A DNA stretch of 64,000 nt, from positions 49,849-113,848 of the forward strand of contig JBFLZZ010000004.1 of assembly GCA_040755255.1 (NCBI GenBank), in the 5' to 3' direction. Below, piece after piece: positions 19,066-27,148 of the stretch. The position numbers and the translations under genes are program-made. The stretch's first letter is position 1. Every line of letters begins with the position of its first letter. Source of the DNA: Thermodesulfobacteriota bacterium (GTDB taxonomy: Bacteria; Desulfobacterota; Desulfobulbia; Desulfobulbales; S012-135). Below the pieces are notes generated by a model that was not told the DNA's origin, did no database searches, and worked only from the letters and a program-made list of their open reading frames with translations.

Positions 19066-20520
19066 TCACCCCGTCGACTTGTCAACTTGCAAGCCTGACC
19101 CTAACCGCACCACTTCGATTGAATCAAGAATAACCCTCCCAATATATGCACCGGCATTTCGCTTTAGCCCCCTGAACAGATCAAGAAGAGTTTTTTTGTC
19201 CTGATAGTCCTCGCAGCCAAGCAACTGCACGATTGCGATAGTCAAATATTCAGGCAAATATTCGCTAGTGATAATTTTTCGAGAAAAAACCTCCTGAATC
19301 TTTTTCTTTTCAGATGATTCAATTTTATCTTTGTATTTAATCAGGACGTCAACGATATATGGTGTAAATTGCGGGAAAAGATCTGCTAGTTCAGGAAGGA
19401 GTGAGAAATATATGTATTTTTCTGAACCTAAAACAGATTTGATAAACGATTTGATGTCGTCTGGTTCAGTTATTTTCTTTTCCTTGATGGAGTTAAATAG
19501 TTCTCTAGGGTCACTCTCTTTAAGTTTTGACAACTCAGCCAGATTGGGAGCGCGGAACCGAGTAGGAATCGTACCGCCATAACCTGCCATTAGACGAAAT
19601 TGTGGCTCTGGCTCTTCGGAAGATGTTTTTTCTTTTTTCTTATTTTCTGGAGGTGCACTTGTTTCTTTTGCTTCTTCTCCGGAGATAGGTTTGAGGCTGG
19701 AAACATCTTCAATTTTTGTCTTCCGCTGATTTATCGTTAAACCTTCAAGCCAGAGACGCTCAATCAGTTGAGTGAGCCAATAATGAGCGGTATGAGCATT
19801 AGGAGCGAACAACCTGTAGTCATCGACAAAGCGACAAAATTGCACCCCGATTGACAATAAATAATTGTCTACTTCCAAGAGTGCTGCTTCAGCCAGAATT
19901 CGGCTAGCATTTGAGCCGACTGGTAACGAATAAGAGTCGCGATTTGCCCAAAACAGAAGCAATTCGTTGAGCTGTTTTACTCTCGTTTTTTCAAACCCAT
20001 TCGACAGCAAAATGGATTCAAGTCTATGAATATTTAGCCGGTCATAAAAATTTGCAATGTCGCAAGTAACGAGGACCTTGGTGCTTTTCTGTCGAACTTT
20101 CTGTGAGACATGCTTTTTAAATGAAGTGATATTGTATTTAGTGTCGAAAATATACCCGTTTTGCGATTTGAACCGATATGAGAAAACAACCTTTGTGATT
20201 TTCTTAGGCCGAAGACTTTCCAGTTGATCTGCAAAAGTAAGAGATAGGGCAAGAAATTTGATTGTGTCTAAAGGATGGATAAGTGCACATCGCCTGAAGT
20301 CAAAAGGGCCTCCTTTAGGTAGCAAAACATGATCAATTTGAGCTATTTCTAGGGATTCTAGGGAGTTGCCCTTGATGCACTTGGTAACATTTTCTATTAC
20401 CTTCTTTTGAAATAGTTTGTTTCTGAGCAAACGAAGTTCGGTAGGGGCAGTGAAGATATCCGTTAGCCCTTCTTTCAACACATTTTGAACCGATAATCTT
20501 GTTGCTTTGTCTATTTCCAT
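19066..20520 (-). CDS. Free-standing reverse transcriptase (Abi/UG-like, 484 aa) with a helical C-terminal domain
   Basis: RT motifs occur in order: LPKGGPFDFRRCALIHPLD, CDIANFYDRL, SLPVGSNASRILAEAALLEVD, RFVDDYRLF (FVDD at 19819-19830), GLTINQRKTKI. A K/E/S/P linker follows, then about 170 aa of helical sequence. The gene is strikingly AT-rich relative to its flanks. Confidence 0.85.
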   Translation of the reverse strand: MEIDKATRLSVQNVLKEGLTDIFTAPTELRLLRNKLFQKKVIENVTKCIKGNSLESLEIAQIDHVLLPKGGPFDFRRCALIHPLDTIKFLALSLTFADQLESLRPKKITKVVFSYRFKSQNGYIFDTKYNITSFKKHVSQKVRQKSTKVLVTCDIANFYDRLNIHRLESILLSNGFEKTRVKQLNELLLFWANRDSYSLPVGSNASRILAEAALLEVDNYLLSIGVQFCRFVDDYRLFAPNAHTAHYWLTQLIERLWLEGLTINQRKTKIEDVSSLKPISGEEAKETSAPPENKKKEKTSSEEPEPQFRLMAGYGGTIPTRFRAPNLAELSKLKESDPRELFNSIKEKKITEPDDIKSFIKSVLGSEKYIYFSLLPELADLFPQFTPYIVDVLIKYKDKIESSEKKKIQEVFSRKIITSEYLPEYLTIAIVQLLGCEDYQDKKTLLDLFRGLKRNAGAYIGRVILDSIEVVRLGSGLQVDKSTG

Positions 20521-20545
20521 AATTTTCCAGGCGAACGACTAAAAT

Positions 20546-20581
20546 AAGCGGAAAATTGGCCGCAGGCCAAGTTTTCCGCTT
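20546..20581 (-). promoter_or_regulatory. Strong hairpin in the RT 5-prime leader (16 bp with 1 bulge)
   Basis: Minus strand reads AAGCGGAAAACTTGGCC-TGC-GGCCAATTTTCCGCTT and ends 25 nt upstream of the RT ATG. A weaker hairpin plus T-run (AGCCGtatcaGCGGTTTTATT) sits right after the upstream gene stop at 20657. Confidence 0.5.
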
Positions 20582-20656
20582 GATTGAATTGTTAGCGCTT
20601 TAATTATTAGTCTGTAGGTTTTCACTCTTCCTATTCAATAAAACCGCTGATACGGC

Positions 20657-21109
20657 TTAGTGACATGGGTACGCTTCTTCGAGCGCACGAATTACGGAAT
20701 ACTTCGCGTCAATATTTTCAACGCGAGAACGATTCCGAACGATGTATGACAACACGATATTTTTCAGATCAGTCTGAGAAAATATTTTTCCTGCTAAGCA
20801 AAAACCAGTTGGCCTACTGGGAGCATTTGACCTGTCGGGAGAATGTTCATTACTAGTGGCAACACCTACAATGTAGCCATTACAAAAACCTTGGTCATAC
20901 AGATTTTCCGACTGACATACACGCCCCAATAATTTTCCATCTGGTGGCATGTCTCCTTCCCCTGCGTGAGCAGCCTCGGTATAGAAAATACAGAGCAGAA
21001 AAACGCAGATTACCTGTAAAATGGGCGTAGACTTTATAGAAAGATGATGCTTTTTAGAAAAAAGTGGCACCGCAACAGCAAGCACAATGGCGGAAAGAAA
21101 GCTGCGCAT
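20657..21109 (-). CDS. Exported Rap1a/Tai4-family-like protein (T6SS amidase-immunity-like fold), orphan
   Basis: GGAGG RBS. Hydrophobic N-terminus ending AAHA. Core ...VCQSENLYDQGFCNGYIVGVA...TGFCLAGKIFSQTDLKNIVLSYIVRN...IRALEEAYPC matches my recollection of the Rap1a pattern (C..G.C.GYi.Gv...fCiP..vt..ql..vv..yl......a..al...fPC). Confidence 0.5.
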   Translation of the reverse strand: MRSFLSAIVLAVAVPLFSKKHHLSIKSTPILQVICVFLLCIFYTEAAHAGEGDMPPDGKLLGRVCQSENLYDQGFCNGYIVGVATSNEHSPDRSNAPSRPTGFCLAGKIFSQTDLKNIVLSYIVRNRSRVENIDAKYSVIRALEEAYPCH

Positions 21110-21114
21110 AACAT

Positions 21115-21330
21115 TTACCTCCGCATGTGGGAGGGACGAAACCCGATTGATGCAGCTGTATCACTTCGAACCATGGCAACCTGCCCACGGCAGTGGCTGC
21201 AAACAATGTATACTTCATTCCCGTCTCTAAGGAGAACCGGAGGCCTCTCGGTGGTGGACTGGCTACCGTCCGGTGTAATTACGTGTGTCGCGTAAAGAAC
21301 ACTGCCACAACCTGGACATTTGACATTCAT
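21115..21330 (-). CDS. Small zinc-ribbon protein (71 aa)
   Basis: AAGGAG RBS 8 nt upstream of the ATG. Paired CxxC motifs (CPGC ... CSHC). It lies 5 nt upstream of the next gene, and the start codon is about 15 nt after the predicted 3-prime end of the intron-like RNA. Confidence 0.5.
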   Translation of the reverse strand: MNVKCPGCGSVLYATHVITPDGSQSTTERPPVLLRDGNEVYIVCSHCRGQVAMVRSDTAASIGFRPSHMRR

Positions 21331-21344
21331 TAATTTGCTCCTTT

Positions 21345-22041
21345 GATCGACCGGGTAGGTCAGGAGCCTTGCGGCTCCCTTCCCCCCTCAGAACCGTACG
21401 TGACAGTTTCCCGTCATACGGCTCAAGCGCCTGCTAAGGTTCCCCTTGTTGGGGTTCCCGCAATTAATAATTGCTTCACGATAATGACAGACTGTCAGTA
21501 TAGCCGAAACTTAAGGGCGCACCAGCACAATGGCCGTCGTTTGCTTTCCCTTATGCTACTGATTCACTCCGTTTTCTCGTGAATAGGCACCTGCCAGAAG
21601 TCTGCCTCCTTGCGGAGCCGAGAATGTTGCACTCGGTATCCATGCCATTACAGCATGACATTCGCTTCTTAAGGCATCTCGACCCAGACCTCCAACAGCT
21701 TGCCTTGCGGTTAGCCTGCCCATTGGGCGAAGGACCTGGGGTACCACGTTCCACGTTTTTACCTTTACGGGCAACTTAGGCGGATCTTGAACGCCGGTGG
21801 AAATTGGGTCCCGTGCAGGCACGTTAGCGACCTGCAACCTCTCCGACACGCGTAAACACACGGAAACACGTCTTCGACCTGTTAATCCCCGTAGGTCTGG
21901 CCACAACTGACGGCGCGTGAAGATCTTTGCCTACTCTCGCCATATTGCCCCATCCTAGCCCTTAACCGGGTGGGATTCCCGGACGGGTTTCCGCCTCACG
22001 GCTTCCTCCCAATTCGGTACATTGTCAGGAGGGTTTCGCAC
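21345..22041 (-). ncRNA. ORF-less group II intron-like ribozyme (about 700 nt); both boundaries approximate
   Basis: Minus strand 21424->21391 reads GAGCCGTATGACGGGAAACTGTCACGTACGGTTC. This is a near-consensus domain V with the AGC triad, GAAA tetraloop and 2-nt bulge geometry. A domain VI-like GCAA-capped helix follows (21345-21388) with a bulged A. GTGCG occurs at 22041->22037 (alternative GTGCT at 22066). No RT or other ORF lies between. Confidence 0.65.
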
Positions 22042-22135
22042 CCCGTCATCAGCGCAACGGCAGCACGCCTCCCTAGGATACCGGCGGGGACACGCCGGGT
22101 GATCAGCCAGCACTTAACATGCTGTTATCACATAT

Positions 22136-22157
22136 AAAAACGCGACTTCGTGTCGCG
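22136..22157 (-). terminator. Intrinsic terminator-like hairpin (minus strand)
   Basis: Minus strand reads GTCGCG-ACGAA-CGCGAC... i.e. cgcgac/gtcgcg 6-bp GC stem (22141-22157) followed by TTTTT (22136-22140). Confidence 0.45.
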
Positions 22158-22505
22158 ACTAACGCTAGTGGTGAGGGGCCGGCCTAAAACAGGGGTCATG
22201 TGGGGGTCAGGCTTCCAAGTTGTCAAGTTTCTCAAGCTCAGCTTTGTGTGTTCTCACCGTGTCTACCCGTTTTGGCGCGGTCCTCGCCGTACTGCGTGTA
22301 CTGTCTCGTCGCAGCCCGCTTGCCTTCGCGTTCTACTGTTGATTCGGAATGGAAAAGGCCCCCTTCGCCCCGGCCGACGTCGCAGCGCAGTCACTCTCCT
22401 GAGCCTGCGGACACAAGATCTTCTCCTATTTGACCGGCGAGGACATCCTCGCCGTCATCATCACGCCCGAGGCCTGAATGTACTGAAAGAACTGTTCTTC
22501 ATCGC

Positions 22506-22557
22506 AAAAAAAGAGGGGTTTCCCTGTCTATCTTGCGAAAAACATGGGCAACCCCTC
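22506..22557 (-). terminator. Rho-independent terminator downstream of glnA
   Basis: Minus strand reads GAGGGGTTGCCC...GGGAAACCCCTC followed by TTTTTTT (22506-22512). Confidence 0.7.
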
Positions 22558-22696
22558 CTGATGGTTTCCGGTGGTGCGGCCATTTGACCGCGATCATCAA
22601 CTGATTTGTTCTTTATCCCGCCTCCATGAATCTGTCAATACCGATTGGCCCATACCTGCTCTAAGCACCTTGCCGCAGCAGACGCCTGATTCCTCC

Positions 22697-24025
22697 TCAG
22701 TACACCCCCAGATAGTTCTCCAGCTCCCATTCGGTGACCGCAGTCCGATACGAGTTCCACTCCGCCTCCTTGCCGGCGAGATAACGAGTGAAGATATGGT
22801 CCCCCAGGGCGGCGCGGCCGATGGGGTTCTTCTGGAACTCGTCCAGGGCCTCGTCCAGGGAGGTCGGCATGTTCTTGATCTTGCTGGTGCGCTTCTGCCG
22901 GTCGGTCATCCGGTAGATGTTGACGTCGGTGGGCGGCGGCGGCTCCAGCCGGCTGTCGATGCCGTCGAGGCCCGCCTTGAGCATGACGGCAAAGGCGAGG
23001 TAGGGGTTGCAGGCGGGATCCGGACAGCGGACTTCCACCCTGGTCCCCAGCCCGCGCGACGCCGGGATGCGCATCAGCGCGCTGCGGTTGGAGGCGGACC
23101 AGGCAACGTATACCGGCGCCTCGTAGCCGGGCACCAGCCGTTTGTAGGAGTTCACCAGCGGGTTGGTCACCGCCGCGAAGGCGCGGGCGTTCCTGGCGAT
23201 GCCGGCGATGTACTGGTAGGCGGTCTTCGACAGCTGCAGCCGATCTCTGATGTCGAAAAAGGCGTTGGTGCCGTCCAGGTTGAACAGCGACTGGTTGGTG
23301 TGCATGCCCGAACCGTTGATGCCGAACACCGGTTTGGGCATGAAGGTGGCGTGCAGGCCGTACTTCTTGGCGACCGTCTTCACCACCCACTTGAAGGTGA
23401 TGGTGTTGTCGGCGCACCTGAGGGCGTCGGCGTACTTGAAGTTGATCTCGTGCTGGCCGGCGGCGACCTCGTGGTGCGAGGCCTCGATTTCGTAGCCCAT
23501 CCGCTCCAGGGTCTCGATGATCTCGCGGCGGCAGTCGATGCCGTAGTCGTCCGGATCGACGCTGAAATAGCCGGCCTTGTCCTGGGTGCGGGTGGTGGGC
23601 GCGCCGCGTTCGTCGCGCTGGAAGAGGAAGAACTCGCACTCGGTGCCGACGTTCATGGTGAACCCCGCCTTCCGCGCCTCGGCCAGTACCCGTTGCAGGT
23701 TGACCCGCGGGCAGCCGGCAAAGGGGCTGCCGTCCACCTTGTAGACGTCGCAGATGATCCGGGCGGCGGCGCTGCCCTCCTTGTTGCGCCAGGGCAGGAT
23801 GGTGAAGGTGCCGTAATCGGGCTTCAGGTACATGTCCGACTCGTTGATCCGCACGAACCCCTCGATGGAGGAACCGTCGAACATGATCAGCCCGTCCAGC
23901 GCCTTTTCCAGCTGGCTGCGCGGGATGGCGACGTTCTTCATGTGGCCGAAGATGTCGACGAACTGCAGGCGGATGAAGTGGATCCTCTCCCGGTCGACGG
24001 TCTTGACGATCTCGTTTCTGGTCAT
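22697..24025 (-). CDS. glnA: Glutamine synthetase, type I
   Basis: 442 aa. Motifs [58 protein letters not shown], and [11 protein letters not shown] in place of an adenylylation loop. Confidence 0.95.
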   Translation of the reverse strand: MTRNEIVKTVDRERIHFIRLQFVDIFGHMKNVAIPRSQLEKALDGLIMFDGSSIEGFVRINESDMYLKPDYGTFTILPWRNKEGSAAARIICDVYKVDGSPFAGCPRVNLQRVLAEARKAGFTMNVGTECEFFLFQRDERGAPTTRTQDKAGYFSVDPDDYGIDCRREIIETLERMGYEIEASHHEVAAGQHEINFKYADALRCADNTITFKWVVKTVAKKYGLHATFMPKPVFGINGSGMHTNQSLFNLDGTNAFFDIRDRLQLSKTAYQYIAGIARNARAFAAVTNPLVNSYKRLVPGYEAPVYVAWSASNRSALMRIPASRGLGTRVEVRCPDPACNPYLAFAVMLKAGLDGIDSRLEPPPPTDVNIYRMTDRQKRTSKIKNMPTSLDEALDEFQKNPIGRAALGDHIFTRYLAGKEAEWNSYRTAVTEWELENYLGVY

Positions 24026-24215
24026 GGCGTGTTTTCCTCCCTCCGTTCACATCGTAACCGCGCACGGGCATGTCCCCACGCGGGATCCTTGAACAGGCTG
24101 CTGGCAGCAGCGGTTACAGGGTGCGGCAGATCCGCGAAAGAGGTCTGACCGCTATACATCAGGTATGCGGACAGGCCGATGACAAAGGAGGTGCCGTGCC
24201 CTGTAACCGCCCGCA

Positions 24216-26882
24216 TCACATCTGCCGGTCGCGGCTCTCGTGCGTGGCAACGTGCAGGAGCGCCCGGCGGATCTCCTCCTGGTACTCGGGGTCGTCGATT
24301 TTGGCGCCGTTGCCGTCCTGGACATAGAAGACGTCCACCACCTGATCGCCGCGGCTGCCGATGCGTGCCCGCAGGATATTGATGGCGAAATCGGCCAGGG
24401 TGCGGGTCACCTCGTACAGCAGGCCGATGCGGTCGTCGGCGTACACCTCGACGATAGTGCACAGATCCGAACCGGCGTTGTCGAAATCAACCCGCGCCTC
24501 GCGGCGGGGGGCGCTGCGGCGGCGGCGAAACCCCAGTGGCGCCAGTTTCTTGTGGATGCGGTAGTCGAGCCCGAGGCGGTTGTTGACCGCCAGGCGGAAA
24601 TGCCCGTTCAGCGCCTGCCAGTCCTGCTCCGCGAAGGCGGCCTCCACCGCGGATTCCACCTCGATGACGTCCACCACCGTGCCGTCCTGCCAGGTGAAGA
24701 TCTGGGCGGCGAGGATGCGCAGGTTGTGGAGCGCCAGCACCCCGCAGATCTTGGAGAGCAGGCCGGGACGGTCCATGGTCATCAGCAGCAGCGACCAATG
24801 GCCGTTCTTCTCCACCGGCTCGATGACGAAATCGCCGCCGGCCAGGGTCTCGCGCAGGGCGAGGTGGTGGGCCACCTCCTGCGGCGAAAAACTCACCAGG
24901 TAGTCCGGCGACAGCCTTGCGAAGTCATCGCTGCTGGCGCCGGGGATCTGCCGCTGCACCTGATTCTCCATCCACTGGACCGCCGCCTCCTGGTCGTCCT
25001 GGCGCAGGCGCAGGTCGCTGCGGTCGAGCAGATGGGCGATCTTCAGGTAGAGATCGAGCACCAGCGCCGCCTTCCAGTCGTTCCATACCGTGGGGCCGGT
25101 GGCGCGGGCGTCGGCGATGGTGAGCAGGTACAGCATGGCGAGCCGGTCCGGGTCCATCACCTTGCGGGCGCAGCGGATGATCAGCCGCTCGTCCTCCAGG
25201 TCGCGGCGCAGGGCGGTGTGGATCAGAAAGAGATGGTGCTCGACGAGAAAGGCGAGACAATCCCGCTCCTTTTCCGGCAGGCCGAGCCGCGCGCCCAGGG
25301 CGCGGACCAGAACGGCGCCGCGCTCGGCATGGCCGTGGCCGGTTCCCTTGCCGATGTCGTGCAGCAGCGCGGCAAGAAACAGGATATGCGGCGAGGTGAG
25401 GAGGTCGAACACCCTCGCCTCTTCCCGGGCCAGCGCGTGCATCTCGGCCACCGACTGGATGAGATGGCGGTCCACGGTGTTGATGTGGTAGACGTCGTGC
25501 TGGGCCAGGGAACCGATGGGCGCGAACTCCGGCAACCAGGCGGCGAGAAAGCCGGTTTCCAGCATCACCTCCAGCACCTCGGCCGCGGCCGGCTGCTGGA
25601 GAATGTCGATGAAGGCCCGGCTCATCCGCTTCGACCTGCGCAGCCGCTCGTCCACCAGCGCCGCATTTTCCTGGATGTGCTTGCGGGTGCGGTGGTGGAT
25701 CGGCAGGCCCCGCTCGGCCGCATGGTGGAAAACCCGCATCATCAGCTGCGGCTTGTCCCGGAGCAGGTTGGGGTTGGGCAGATGGACGCGGCCGTGGCGA
25801 ATGGTGATGCCTGCCTCCAGGCGGACATCGGCGGCCGCTCCCTCGCTCCCCTCCAGGCCGGCCACCTCGTCGGCGTGCTCGAAGAAGAGATCGGCGGCCA
25901 CGGCAATGGTCTGCATGGCGTCGTGGACATCGCGCATGAACTGCTCCACCGCCAGCAGCCCTTCCTTTTTCCGGTAGCCGAACACCCCGGCCATCTCCTC
26001 CTGATGCTCGAAGTAGAGCTGATCGTTCTTCCTGCCGCTGGCGTAGTGCAGCCGGTTGCGGATGCGGATGAGCTTTTCCCAGGCCTGGTCGATGGCCTGG
26101 CCTTCATGGGGGGCGAGCAGACCGGCATCCTCCATGGCCGCGAGACCGCTGAGACCGAACACCACCCTGGCGGTCCACAGCATCGCCTGCAGATCCCGGA
26201 GCCCGCCGCGGCTTTCCTTGATGTGCGGCTCCAGCAGGTAGGTGTGCATGCCGAAGCGGCCCAGCCGCCGCAGCCGGTGATCCTCCATGGTCGAGAGGAA
26301 ATTGCGGCGGTTGCCCTCGATGAAGCCGGTACTGAACCGCTGCCACAGATCGGCGTACAGGGTTGGCTCGCCGGCGAGCAGCCGGCTGTCGAGCAGGGCG
26401 ACCTGAAAGAAGAAATCAAGGGCGGCATCGGCAAGGCAGGCATCCAGGTTGCGCACCCCGTGCCCCACCTCCAGGCCCGCATCCCAGAGCGGGTAGAAGA
26501 GGTACTGGGCCGCGGTGTCCAGCTTTTCCTTCGCCTGCTCGTCGTAGAGCAGCAGCAGATCGATGTCGGAAAAGGGGAACAGCTCCCGCCGCCCATAACC
26601 GCCAAGGGCGACAAGGGCAAGACCGCCGGTGTCGGTCATCTTGCCGAACTGCTCCTGGAGAAAGACGTCGATGGTCTCGGTCTGGCGCTCCAGGAGCTTG
26701 CGGCCGGACGTGCCCTGCCGCCAGAGATCTTCCAGCGCTTCCCGTTTCACCTTCAGTATGTGCTTCTGACTGGCCACAGGCCCGCTCCCGTGTCTGAACT
26801 CCTCCTGCCGCCGGTGAAGGATTTCAGTTGATCCGGCGGGCGGTGGCGGGACAAGGAGAGTCCCCTCCGCAGACGCCAGCAT
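24216..26882 (-). CDS. glnD: [Protein-PII] uridylyltransferase / uridylyl-removing enzyme
   Basis: 888 aa. Nucleotidyltransferase motif GGYGRRELFPFSDIDLLLLY, HD domain LLHDIGKGTGHGHAERG, and two C-terminal ACT-like repeats. Adjacent to glnA. Confidence 0.9.
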   Translation of the reverse strand: MLASAEGTLLVPPPPAGSTEILHRRQEEFRHGSGPVASQKHILKVKREALEDLWRQGTSGRKLLERQTETIDVFLQEQFGKMTDTGGLALVALGGYGRRELFPFSDIDLLLLYDEQAKEKLDTAAQYLFYPLWDAGLEVGHGVRNLDACLADAALDFFFQVALLDSRLLAGEPTLYADLWQRFSTGFIEGNRRNFLSTMEDHRLRRLGRFGMHTYLLEPHIKESRGGLRDLQAMLWTARVVFGLSGLAAMEDAGLLAPHEGQAIDQAWEKLIRIRNRLHYASGRKNDQLYFEHQEEMAGVFGYRKKEGLLAVEQFMRDVHDAMQTIAVAADLFFEHADEVAGLEGSEGAAADVRLEAGITIRHGRVHLPNPNLLRDKPQLMMRVFHHAAERGLPIHHRTRKHIQENAALVDERLRRSKRMSRAFIDILQQPAAAEVLEVMLETGFLAAWLPEFAPIGSLAQHDVYHINTVDRHLIQSVAEMHALAREEARVFDLLTSPHILFLAALLHDIGKGTGHGHAERGAVLVRALGARLGLPEKERDCLAFLVEHHLFLIHTALRRDLEDERLIIRCARKVMDPDRLAMLYLLTIADARATGPTVWNDWKAALVLDLYLKIAHLLDRSDLRLRQDDQEAAVQWMENQVQRQIPGASSDDFARLSPDYLVSFSPQEVAHHLALRETLAGGDFVIEPVEKNGHWSLLLMTMDRPGLLSKICGVLALHNLRILAAQIFTWQDGTVVDVIEVESAVEAAFAEQDWQALNGHFRLAVNNRLGLDYRIHKKLAPLGFRRRRSAPRREARVDFDNAGSDLCTIVEVYADDRIGLLYEVTRTLADFAINILRARIGSRGDQVVDVFYVQDGNGAKIDDPEYQEEIRRALLHVATHESRDRQM

Positions 26883-27148
26883 AACAGGATGGATTTATTA
26901 CGGAAAGAAAATTCGTGACCGGCAGGGATTACACAAATCTGTAATCCTGCCCCCTGCCCGACGGGATAGGCGCCGCAAGGGCCTTGGCCCAAGGCCGGTT
27001 CTTGCCATGGATCAGGGATGAGCGTCATTCCCTTTCCCGGGCGGCATTGCGCGGCGCCTTGCCGTGGCGAATGGGACGGCCCTCGTACGGCTGATATACC
27101 ACCGGCGATGCCTTCAACCCCGGCTTGAGGGGCGGGTCTGGCTTGGCT

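Noticed and set aside
21490-21560. tmRNA-like tag start (gcaaacgacg...) on the minus strand inside the intron-like region
   Set aside because: No tRNA-like acceptor/T-arm and no GGGG...UUCGAC 5-prime end. The downstream frame does not end in a typical ..LAA tag. Judged a coincidental match.
19066-22066. The idea that the 484-aa RT is the intron-encoded protein of the neighbouring group II intron
   Set aside because: The RT lies about 0.8 kb downstream of domains V/VI, outside the intron and not in domain IV, with two other genes between them. It has no recognisable maturase/X region and a very different base composition from the ribozyme.
22560-22600. tRNA-3-prime-end-like string (minus strand ...gcggtcaaatggccgcacca)
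   Set aside because: There is no proper T-loop (GTTCRANYC), and no acceptor, D or anticodon arms can be drawn. It lies within the glnA 3-prime UTR.
24026-24215. Sigma-54/NtrC promoter upstream of glnA
   Set aside because: No TGGCAC-N5-TTGC with correct spacing on the minus strand. Only an inverted pair (cggttacaggg / ccctgtaaccg) of unclear meaning was seen, so no call is made.
26921-26951. Strong hairpin (ggcagggattaca-caaatc-tgtaatcctgcc) between the fliL-like gene and glnD
   Set aside because: It could terminate the cheY/fliL-like transcript on the minus strand. The downstream tract (ggtcacgaattttctttcc) is not a clean U-run, so I do not call it a terminator with confidence.
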